From a virus, in the IMG/VR virus record IMGVR_UViG_3300006880_000001, positions 32,001 through 96,000 of that record: a stretch of DNA of 64,000 nt; one strand, given 5' to 3'. Below, in pieces: positions 55,671-63,511 of the stretch. The position numbers and the translations under genes were made by a program. The notes below the pieces were generated by a model. That model did not search any database. It was not told the origin of the DNA and saw only the letters and a list, made by a program, of their open reading frames with translations. The stretch's first letter is position 1; each line of letters begins with the position of its first letter.

Positions 55671-55803
55671 CGGGGGGACGTCGCCTGGTGGCGACACTTT
55701 CATATGACGAAAGCAATCCCGACAACGCCTCTCGCTGGCCTTGGCTAGCACATGGCGCCTGTCTACAAGGAAGCCGTGACAGGTTCGATTCCTGTACCCC
55801 CGA
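55671..55803 (+). ncRNA. tRNA-like RNA with the same insert; anticodon ATG, 6-bp D stem
   Basis: CGGGGG/CCCCCG; GTCGCC-TGGT-GGCGAC; CTTTC-ATATGAC-GAAAG; ACAGG-TTCGATT-CCTGT; no encoded CCA. Confidence 0.75.
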
Positions 55804-55832
55804 CTGAGCGCAGTCATTTCGAGGTGCTTACA

Positions 55833-55907
55833 CGCGAAGATGCTCATTGGTCGAGCATCGGCCTTAAGAGCCGACAGGAGTCGGTTCAAATCCGACCTAC
55901 GCACCCA
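55833..55907 (+). tRNA. tRNA with TAA anticodon, short variable loop, C1xA72 mismatch
   Basis: GCTC/GAGC D stem; TCGGC-CTTAAGA-GCCGA; GTCGG-TTCAAAT-CCGAC; CCA. Confidence 0.8.
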
Positions 55908-56097
55908 ACTCAGCCCCTCTCCTCGACCGCGCTCGTTATTTGACCGAAGGGTTGTGGGTCGCCCGCCAGATCGGTGCGGTGAACTACACCTCGGCCGCCA
56001 TCCTCGCCAACCAGCTGCAATTGGTTGGTGAGGGTGGCGGCCTCAGCCTTTTGGGGTGAGCGGAATGGTCACTGCGCCGATGTACTATGGTTTGACC

Positions 56098-56550
56098 ATG
56101 AGAACCATCGTCGCTCTGACAGCCCTCCTCGCAGCCGTCTTCTCCGTCGGCGCCGCCCTGGCCGACACCGCCCCTCTCGATCCCGATGAGGGAGTCTCCC
56201 CGGCCGCGCCGGGGATGATGACCCTGGTCGTCTACGTGCGCGGCGAGCGCCTCGACACCATCGCGGTCAGGACCTGCGACTACGACATCCGGATCCAGGA
56301 GCCGCGGGTCGGGTGGATGCGCCGGTACTGGTGCGGCAACCTGCCGGGGACGGATGGCGCCGAGATCACCAGCGGCTACACCGTCGACGTGCCGGCGCGG
56401 GTCGGCTGGTACCAAGTCTGGGGGTGGCGGGTCGTCGGCGCCGACTGGTGGACGCTCATGCCCCACGCGACGGCCTACCGGATCACCGCCGAGGACGTCC
56501 GTCGCGGGTACCTGATGACCTGGGCGAGCTACACGTTGCCGAAGACCTGA
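56098..56550 (+). CDS. secreted hypothetical protein
   Basis: Signal peptide ending ALA; class A motif at 56068. Confidence 0.7.
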   Translation: MRTIVALTALLAAVFSVGAALADTAPLDPDEGVSPAAPGMMTLVVYVRGERLDTIAVRTCDYDIRIQEPRVGWMRRYWCGNLPGTDGAEITSGYTVDVPARVGWYQVWGWRVVGADWWTLMPHATAYRITAEDVRRGYLMTWASYTLPKT

Positions 56551-56553
56551 CGT

Positions 56554-57210
56554 TCACGGCCGGCGGCGTCGAGTCCGCCGCAGCCGCGTCCTCGTCGCAA
56601 GGCGCCGGAGCGCGCGGCCGAGGAGATCCGCCGCCGGCTGTGCCGGGTACCGGGTGCCGACGTCGAGGATGGTCACGCGGCCGTTGTCGTCGATGCCGAC
56701 GTTGTCACTGTGGAGGTCGTCGAGGGCGGGGATGCCACGCTCGTCGAGCTCCGTGACCGTCTCGTGGAGGTGCTCCATGACGTACCGGCACTCGTCCATC
56801 TCCGACCGGCGCGCCGAGACGGTGCACACCTCCTTGGCGATCTGGCTTCGTGGCGTCTTCGCGCGGAACGCGTCGACGAAGTTGATGAACCAGTCGCTCC
56901 AGTAGCCGGGGGAGGGCCGAAGCCGGTCAACCACCACCGCGTAGGCGTACGGCTGTCCGTTCTGGCGCAGGAGGTAGGTCTGGTGGACCTTGACGACGCC
57001 GCGGATGCCTTGCCCTCGTTGGAGGCCATCGACGTCGCTGGCGTCGGTGGTGACCTTCACCAGCTTGCCGTCGTCGCGCTCGTAGACACAGGCCTGAGAC
57101 CCGCACGCGATCGGCTTCGTACCCTTCAGACGAAGGGCCTCCTCCTGCTTCGAGCTCAAGCAGAGGAGGGTCCTCTTCGCCGCGCGGACGCAGCTCGGTG
57201 GCTTCGCCAC
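56554..57210 (-). CDS. protein-kinase-like enzyme with LLG + Arg-rich tail
   Basis: GSQACVY, VKVT, DLHSDNV, ILDVG. Confidence 0.8.
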   Translation of the reverse strand: MAKPPSCVRAAKRTLLCLSSKQEEALRLKGTKPIACGSQACVYERDDGKLVKVTTDASDVDGLQRGQGIRGVVKVHQTYLLRQNGQPYAYAVVVDRLRPSPGYWSDWFINFVDAFRAKTPRSQIAKEVCTVSARRSEMDECRYVMEHLHETVTELDERGIPALDDLHSDNVGIDDNGRVTILDVGTRYPAQPAADLLGRALRRLATRTRLRRTRRRRP

Positions 57211-57218
57211 GGGCCGCC

Positions 57219-58046
57219 TCAGCGGCGCGAGCGCGACACGCCGTAGGCGACTCCGCCCACGACGGCCAGCGCCAGGCCGACCTTGAGCCACTTCGGGAGT
57301 CCGAAGTGGATGGCGCCCTCTGCCGAGGTGGTCATCGACGTCTCATCCGGGGGAGGGATCGGGAGGCCGGCCTGCACCGGCGGCTGCGTCGGGATCTGCG
57401 AGCCCGGCACCGGTGAGGAGGGGGGCTTGATGGGCGGGGACGGCAGCTGCGAGCCCGGGATCGGCTGGCCGGGGATCGGCAACGACGGGGGCTTCACCGG
57501 CGTCGAGCCGGTCGGCATGCAGACACCCGGACCGATGATGGGGACGACGTAGTTGGTCCCGGCGGGGCACTGGGTGTTGTACGTCTGGGGCAGCGTGGTC
57601 GGCTTGGCACAGAGCCACGCTCCGCTGGCCTGGAGGACGGGCGTCGTCCCGACGGGGCAGGATGGCTTCGGCGCCGGCGTCGGCGTGGTGCAGACCCACC
57701 TGCTGTTCGCGGCGCTCCAGACCATGGTCTGGCCCGGCTGGCAGCGCGGGATGGGGGCTTTGAGGCAGGACCAGCCCGTCACGATGGTCTTGAGCGTGGA
57801 TCCGATGGAGCCCGGTACCGCGGCGGTTCGGGTCGGCGTCGCCACGTAGCCCACCTTGCACGTCGGCTTCGGCGCCGGCTTCGGTGCCGTCGTCGTGGGT
57901 GTGGTCGACGTCGGAATCCCGCCGCCGCCACCGTAGTCGGTGGGGCTGGGGGTCATCGTGGCGTTCAACGCCGGGCCAGCGAGGCGCGCGCCGAGCAGAA
58001 CCGTACGCCCGTCGGGGCCCGTGATCTCACCGCTGATCCAGGACAT
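57219..58046 (-). CDS. Pro/Thr/Cys-rich membrane-anchored protein
   Basis: Four C..G...W/V.C repeats, LLGARLAG, C-terminal TM. Confidence 0.7.
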   Translation of the reverse strand: MSWISGEITGPDGRTVLLGARLAGPALNATMTPSPTDYGGGGGIPTSTTPTTTAPKPAPKPTCKVGYVATPTRTAAVPGSIGSTLKTIVTGWSCLKAPIPRCQPGQTMVWSAANSRWVCTTPTPAPKPSCPVGTTPVLQASGAWLCAKPTTLPQTYNTQCPAGTNYVVPIIGPGVCMPTGSTPVKPPSLPIPGQPIPGSQLPSPPIKPPSSPVPGSQIPTQPPVQAGLPIPPPDETSMTTSAEGAIHFGLPKWLKVGLALAVVGGVAYGVSRSRR

Positions 58047-58128
58047 GTCTGGAGCATCGCACGAGGACCGTCCCAGATCCACGGCCAACCACGTCGAGCT
58101 GTCACCGCGCCGTGGTAGACGTGGGTGC

Positions 58129-58761
58129 ATGCCGAAGCGCAACCGCGCCAAGCTGACCAGGCGGTTGGTCGACGTCATCCCCAACGACGTCGACCTGCAG
58201 GAGCTCTTGGAGGTCCTGATCGAGGGGAGTGCGACCCACAAGGCGTCGGAGACGCCATGGCGATCCTGGGTGTTCGCTACCCGGTTCTGCATCGATGTCT
58301 ACTGCCGCGCGGTGATGGACTCCAAGGACATTGACGCCGACGCGCAGGACATCTTCCGGTTCCTGGTTCGGTTGGTGAACGAGGCCAACCAGCCGCTCGC
58401 CGAGACCTTCCGCGCCAACAACTACGACCGCGCCATCGAGCTCGAGTACGTCGCCGACAAGCTGAACGCACCGTTCGCAGCGGTCGCCGCGCTCCGGGAT
58501 GGGTTGGCCATCGTCCGCCTCGGGCTCGCACGATCCGATGGAGGTGGGGCCGCGTTCCTCGGGCGCCTTGATCGGTTCGTTGCGCAGTGCGAGGTCCATG
58601 GCGTGGACGTCGATGACCTTGTTGAGAAGTGGCGAATGGAGGACGCCCTCTACGGTTGTCCAGCTGAGGATCGGGCGAAGCTCGAGAGAGCCTTCCGTAC
58701 GGCCTGGCGCCGCGGCTTGATAGGATTGGCGTATGCCATCCACCCCCACCCCCACGGTTGA
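58129..58761 (+). CDS. hypothetical protein
   Basis: Class A motif at 58101. Confidence 0.65.
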   Translation: MPKRNRAKLTRRLVDVIPNDVDLQELLEVLIEGSATHKASETPWRSWVFATRFCIDVYCRAVMDSKDIDADAQDIFRFLVRLVNEANQPLAETFRANNYDRAIELEYVADKLNAPFAAVAALRDGLAIVRLGLARSDGGGAAFLGRLDRFVAQCEVHGVDVDDLVEKWRMEDALYGCPAEDRAKLERAFRTAWRRGLIGLAYAIHPHPHG

Positions 58762-59047
58762 TGTCCCGCCCCTCCACCTACTCGTCGAGGTGTCGAAGAA
58801 TGGCTACAAGCTCCCGCCCGAGAAGTCGCAGTACAAGGTCGCCAGCTGGGACGCGCTACCCGCGGTCATCGCTGGCGTCATCGGCCGAACGTTCGTCGAC
58901 GCCATCCACGTCTCCGCGACCACCGCGGAGCTCCTCCGCACCCTCGCCACCACCGCTATCACCGACGACGATCGCAAGGCCCACGTGGCGCTGAGCGCAG
59001 GTGGGACCGGACGCCCGATCTACAAGCTTCGGATCCTCATCGATTGA
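58733..59047 (+). CDS. hypothetical protein
   Basis: 104-aa ORF. Confidence 0.5.
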   Translation: MPSTPTPTVDVPPLHLLVEVSKNGYKLPPEKSQYKVASWDALPAVIAGVIGRTFVDAIHVSATTAELLRTLATTAITDDDRKAHVALSAGGTGRPIYKLRILID

Positions 59048-59221
59048 ATGTCGGCGACCTCTATAAGGCCCCGTGGGGGACGTACCGCCTCCACCGCTTC
59101 GGCTACGACCCGATCGGATCGTTCGTGGTCGTCCTCCAGGATGTTCTGAATCATTCGGCTTTCGTGCAACCCAAGATCCAACGTCTCTTCGGTGTCTACC
59201 TTCGCATCACGTGAGAGGCCC

Positions 59222-59611
59222 ATGTCCGTCTACGTCATCCACAACGACTCTCTCGAGGAAACCCTCCACAGCGTCGTCGGCGAGGCGAAGATCCACCGCT
59301 GGAACTGCCCCTGTGGATGCTCCGATTGCCGGGGCTACGTGCTCTACGCGTGGAACGCGCACCGCCCCTCGGTGTGCATCGTGGCGTCAACGGTCTACGC
59401 CTACGACGACCACGTTCACCTCTTCGGTGCTGAGACCCTCGAAGAGATCGACACCTTCCCAGACTTCGCGACGCGTTTGTTGAGCGCGGACGACGGCCTC
59501 CAGTTGGAGGTCTGGCTGATCGCCGGACTGCGGGAGGTCCTTCGCGACTTCTTCACAACCTCTGTGCAGGAGAGCGTGTCCTGCAACCTTCAGAATCAGC
59601 CCAACAACTGA
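59222..59611 (+). CDS. hypothetical protein with CxCxCxxC
   Basis: GAGG RBS. Confidence 0.55.
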   Translation: MSVYVIHNDSLEETLHSVVGEAKIHRWNCPCGCSDCRGYVLYAWNAHRPSVCIVASTVYAYDDHVHLFGAETLEEIDTFPDFATRLLSADDGLQLEVWLIAGLREVLRDFFTTSVQESVSCNLQNQPNN

Positions 59612-59623
59612 GAGGACCCGTCC

Positions 59624-60157
59624 ATGAGCAAAGCGCCCCACAAGTACTGGACCGACCAAGACGACCCCGACAAGCTCACCGTCAGCTTCGGCTGGCGCCT
59701 CTTCGTCGGCATCGCCGTCGCCTGCCTGTTCCTGTTCACCCTCGGGGGCATCCTGTGGATGCTCAAGGTCGGCAGCTCCGACATCCGCGGCCGTGGCGAC
59801 GCCTACACACAGAAGACAAGTGGCGCCAATCGGGTCTTCGCCCAGGAGCAGTTCGAGCGCCTCTTCGCCGAGGTCCGCGCCTCCGATCAGAAGATCACGA
59901 TCGCCCGGCTGGCCCTCGCCGAATGGCAGGCGCGACACCCCGAAGGCTGTCGGCCGCCACTGCCATGCGAAGGCGATCGCCTCTCGACCGACATGCGCGG
60001 CATGCAGAACTATTGTCTCTCGATTCGGGCCCAGTACGAGGCCGAGGCGCGCTCCTACACGAAAGAGCAATTCCGCGCCGGGGATCTGCCGGCTCGTCTG
60101 TCCGAAGCAGACCCCGCCTTCAGTCGTTGGGGCTTCGGCGACTACGACTGTCAATGA
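59624..60157 (+). CDS. single-TM membrane protein
   Basis: TM then periplasm-type helical domain with Cys pairs. Confidence 0.7.
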   Translation: MSKAPHKYWTDQDDPDKLTVSFGWRLFVGIAVACLFLFTLGGILWMLKVGSSDIRGRGDAYTQKTSGANRVFAQEQFERLFAEVRASDQKITIARLALAEWQARHPEGCRPPLPCEGDRLSTDMRGMQNYCLSIRAQYEAEARSYTKEQFRAGDLPARLSEADPAFSRWGFGDYDCQ

Positions 60158-60372
60158 CCATGCCGCGGCGGGGACCCCAGGGGCCGTTCCGTGGCCGCAT
60201 CGTCGCCTTCGACGCCGCCTCCTACGCGGGTCGAGTGGCCATCGACCTGGAGGTTTGGCCGTTCCGTGCTACGTGCTGCAACCACGACCTTGTGGTCGAT
60301 TCTGTCGTCAGCGTGTACCTCGACCACCGCGATCGCGTCTTCGCCATCCGTCGCCCAAAGGAAGAAAAATGA
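60154..60372 (+). CDS. small OB/cold-shock-like protein
   Basis: GRIVAFD..SYAGRV...PF pattern. Confidence 0.4.
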   Translation: MTMPRRGPQGPFRGRIVAFDAASYAGRVAIDLEVWPFRATCCNHDLVVDSVVSVYLDHRDRVFAIRRPKEEK

Positions 60373-60947
60373 AGCTCGTCATGGCCGTCGTCCTCATCTG
60401 GCTGTCCTTCGGCTGCCAGGAGATGAAGAACACCAACAAGGAAGCCCAGCGCGAACAGCAGATCACCGAGGCCTACCAAAGCCGCCTCAACCAAGCGGTC
60501 CCGTACCCGTTGGCGCAGATGCACGACAGCCTCGAGCGTCGCAACATTCGCGAGCGCCTCCTGCGGTTCAACAACCCAGCCAAGATCGGGTACGTCTACC
60601 TCTTCACGCCGATGGGTCAGATGATCGGCTACTACACGATCAAGGGCAAGGTGACATCCACCCAGAGCCAAATGACGGTGCCGCAGACGGTCGTTTGCCC
60701 CGACGTCTACGACAAAGGCGGTACGCTCGATCCGTGCTTCACGATCGATGCGATGGGCGACGACGGTAGCTATGGACCCAACGAAGGTGGTGACGATGGG
60801 ATCTTCTTCTTCACCACCGAGGGGGTGATGCTCTCCTGGAACGGCCTCTGGCTGTACAGCGACGCTCCCCTCAGCGTCGACGTCAAGCCGCTCACCATCT
60901 ACGACGCCACGACCGCGAAGCCGTCGAGCACGGCCGAGTTGCCATGA
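60369..60947 (+). CDS. lipoprotein
   Basis: MKLVMAVVLIWLSFGC; GYYTIKGKVTS, DGSYG, IFFFT. Confidence 0.75.
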   Translation: MKLVMAVVLIWLSFGCQEMKNTNKEAQREQQITEAYQSRLNQAVPYPLAQMHDSLERRNIRERLLRFNNPAKIGYVYLFTPMGQMIGYYTIKGKVTSTQSQMTVPQTVVCPDVYDKGGTLDPCFTIDAMGDDGSYGPNEGGDDGIFFFTTEGVMLSWNGLWLYSDAPLSVDVKPLTIYDATTAKPSSTAELP

Positions 60948-61231
60948 GCCGACCATCCGAGATGGCCCCAAACTGGCCGATGATCGTCATCGTGGCCATT
61001 GCGCTCGCGGCCCTCGCCGGCGCGGTCGTCCAGAGCTGTACGACCCGAGGAGCGGACGAGGCAGCCTACGATGCTGCGGCCATCTTGGGCGAGCAGGTCG
61101 AATGCTTTGGGATGGGACACCTCAGCGACAACGTATGCATCGGCAAGACGTCCAAACGCGGTGTCCGTTGTCCACTCAGTCCGAGTCGTCCTTGCTTCCT
61201 CATCACCCCAGCCCAAGCGGAGAGACCGTGA
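60944..61231 (+). CDS. small membrane/secreted Cys protein
   Basis: ATGA overlap; N-terminal TM. Confidence 0.55.
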   Translation: MSRPSEMAPNWPMIVIVAIALAALAGAVVQSCTTRGADEAAYDAAAILGEQVECFGMGHLSDNVCIGKTSKRGVRCPLSPSRPCFLITPAQAERP

Positions 61232-61395
61232 TCCTGAATGTGTTCATTTTCATCCTGGTTGTTGTCATCTACTGCGTTCCGGTCCTCGTTGGCTACCTCG
61301 TCGGGGGTGACGTCGATACGGCGATCGCCACCGGACTGGCTAGCGCCAGCATCCCCGCTGTCTTGTGGATCGTCGGCCTCGGCCGCGGCAAATGA
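61228..61395 (+). CDS. small two-TM protein
   Basis: GTGA overlap; hydrophobic. Confidence 0.5.
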   Translation: MILNVFIFILVVVIYCVPVLVGYLVGGDVDTAIATGLASASIPAVLWIVGLGRGK

Positions 61396-62012
61396 AGAAG
61401 CCGTACCCATTGCAGTGGCCGGAAGGCTGGCCGCGGACCAAGACGTCTCGGCGTCGGCGGGCTCGCTTCGACACCGGCCTCCACGACGCCGCACGGGGCA
61501 TCGTGGACAACCTGCGCATGATGCAGGCCCGCCAGGTGGTCATCACCACCGACATGCCGGCGCGCAGCGACGGCCTGCCCTACGCGACCGCACGTGAGCC
61601 GGAGGACGTCGGCGTCGCGGTCTGGTGGGTCGACGAGCACGGCAACGAGCGGGTCATCGCGTGTGATGTCTGGGAGAAAGTCGGAGACAACCTGCACGCC
61701 ATCGAGCTCAGCCTGGCTGCGCTCCGAGGCCTCGATCGCTGGGGGGCGAGCGAGGTAGTCAAGCGTGCCTTCGCGGGCTTCGCGGCGTTGCCACCGGGTG
61801 GGGATAGCCCACCTCGACGATCGTGGCGTGAGGTGCTCGGCGCCGAGGGACTCGAGAGCTTCCCACCCGAGGATCAGTGGGTCATGGTCAAGGCACTCCA
61901 TCGGTCTCGGATGGAGGCGGCGCACCCGGACGCAGGTGGGACCACCGAGCAGGCGCTGGAGCTGAACGCGGCCCTCGACGAGGCCAAGCTCGAGCTGCAG
62001 CCCAGTCGGTAG
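61392..62012 (+). CDS. phage J-domain protein
   Basis: YPLQWPEGWPRT N-terminus; C-terminal W.EVLG...HPD.GG...LN.A. Confidence 0.85.
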   Translation: MKKPYPLQWPEGWPRTKTSRRRRARFDTGLHDAARGIVDNLRMMQARQVVITTDMPARSDGLPYATAREPEDVGVAVWWVDEHGNERVIACDVWEKVGDNLHAIELSLAALRGLDRWGASEVVKRAFAGFAALPPGGDSPPRRSWREVLGAEGLESFPPEDQWVMVKALHRSRMEAAHPDAGGTTEQALELNAALDEAKLELQPSR

Positions 62013-62154
62013 CACGTGGGATCGTCTGGTCCAGCCAGTCGGTCACCCCTACCGGGCTAATGTCTTAGGATTCCACATCAATTAGGATTGGATGTGCCGT
62101 TCGTTGTGAACGGGAGTACGATTTGAACGTTGTTACTCCGCGGAGGCCTCTCCA

Positions 62155-62487
62155 ATGCGCATCGCTTGGCAAAGCGGTTCCTGGCGAGATGAAGACGGAA
62201 TCCTCGTGGACCTGACAGACGCCAAGCTCGGTGATCGCCGGATCACCTGCTACTGCAAGGCGGAGGTTCAGACCGACGGTGCGCCATTGGCGGCTGTCGC
62301 CGGTCTCGTCGCGGGTGCCGTGCGCGCGTTCCGAGAGGTCAGCTGGACAGTCATGCTCTGCGATCGGACGTGGGCACTCCCAACGTACGCGGACCTTCTC
62401 AACTTCTGGTACGGGCTCGACCTCGCGCTCACTAACTTCGACTGTATGTTGCTTCCCCTGGCCGCGATTGCATCGAGGACCAACTGA
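62155..62487 (+). CDS. hypothetical protein
   Basis: GGAGG RBS. Confidence 0.55.
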   Translation: MRIAWQSGSWRDEDGILVDLTDAKLGDRRITCYCKAEVQTDGAPLAAVAGLVAGAVRAFREVSWTVMLCDRTWALPTYADLLNFWYGLDLALTNFDCMLLPLAAIASRTN

Positions 62488-62771
62488 TGCTCCGTCGACA
62501 CGTCAAACCGGGACAGCGTTTCTACTACCTCTACTGCGGCGCCCCAGGACACTTCTCGTGGACGGCGATCGACGGGGAGACCGACGACGGCCCAGGTCAC
62601 GTCGGCGTCCACCCAGCGCGCGTGACGTGGGACGTGGCGCTTGTCGACGCGGACTACCAGGCGGAGCTCGAACGTAGGATCCACGACGTCTGCACCGATC
62701 CGACGCTCGAGACGATGCGCGCCGAGGACTTCGGCCGCTGGCTAGCGGACCTGCAGTTCGGATCGGGCTGA
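62487..62771 (+). CDS. hypothetical protein
   Basis: TGATG coupling. Confidence 0.55.
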   Translation: MLRRHVKPGQRFYYLYCGAPGHFSWTAIDGETDDGPGHVGVHPARVTWDVALVDADYQAELERRIHDVCTDPTLETMRAEDFGRWLADLQFGSG

Positions 62772-62802
62772 TCGGTCACCGCGCGGTGGTAGCGTCGCGG
62801 TG

Positions 62803-63219
62803 ATGAATCTGACCTTCCCCCGCCTGACCTACATCGCGCATCCGATCGGGCGCCCGCCCGATCGCGACAAGAACCTGCAGCGCGTCCTGCGCTGGTTCGC
62901 CTGGGCGATCGTCCAGGATCCCAACTCGGCCTTCGTCATCCCCTACAAGCCGTACTGCGACGTGCTCGAGGAGACCGACGAGAACCGGGCGCGTGGCATC
63001 CGCGACGATCTCGTGGCGCTTAGCCGCTGCGACAACATCTGGCTCGTCGGCGGACTGATCTCGCCGGGCATGCAGGGCGAATTCGACTACATGGTGGAGC
63101 TTGGCCGTCCGGTCCACGACTTCACCGCGCTCGGCCCTGAGCCGCCGGTCGGTCCTGTCCGCATGACCGGCGAGCAGACACCCTACGGCTTCCTCTGTAC
63201 GGGGTGGGCGCCGTGCTAG
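62803..63219 (+). CDS. nucleoside deoxyribosyltransferase-like fold protein
   Basis: YIAHP...L.RCD.IWL.G..S.GM..E; class A motif at 62775. Confidence 0.7.
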   Translation: MNLTFPRLTYIAHPIGRPPDRDKNLQRVLRWFAWAIVQDPNSAFVIPYKPYCDVLEETDENRARGIRDDLVALSRCDNIWLVGGLISPGMQGEFDYMVELGRPVHDFTALGPEPPVGPVRMTGEQTPYGFLCTGWAPC

Positions 63220-63511
63220 GCCGGCTGCCGGGGGTTGGGACGATCCGCCAAGGCTTCCCGATCCTCGCCTTCTACCACCCGCGCGACGTCCGCAAGGCCG
63301 CATTCGAGGGCCGCAAGGTCTTCGTCTTCGATCCGAAGACTGACCCCAAGGCGTACCGCCGCGCGCGGCGCTTCGTCGACCGCGAGGAGAACCGACGCCG
63401 CGCCATACAGCGTAGCGGCCGCCGCCATGGTGAGCACGTGCCGCCCACACTCGGGCGACGCCTCGACGCCCACGGACGCCACCGCATCCTGGCCATCATG
63501 GAGCACCGGGC

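Noticed and set aside
55557-55769. The tRNA inserts as group I or bulge-helix-bulge introns, or canonical tmRNA
   Set aside because: Too short for group I, located in the variable arm, no clear BHB; no G3:U70, an anticodon arm is present and no ANDN..ALAA-type tag.
55671-55803. tRNA-Sec call from the 6-bp D stem with TGGT loop
   Set aside because: Anticodon is ATG, not TCA; acceptor is not 8 bp; no sel genes seen.
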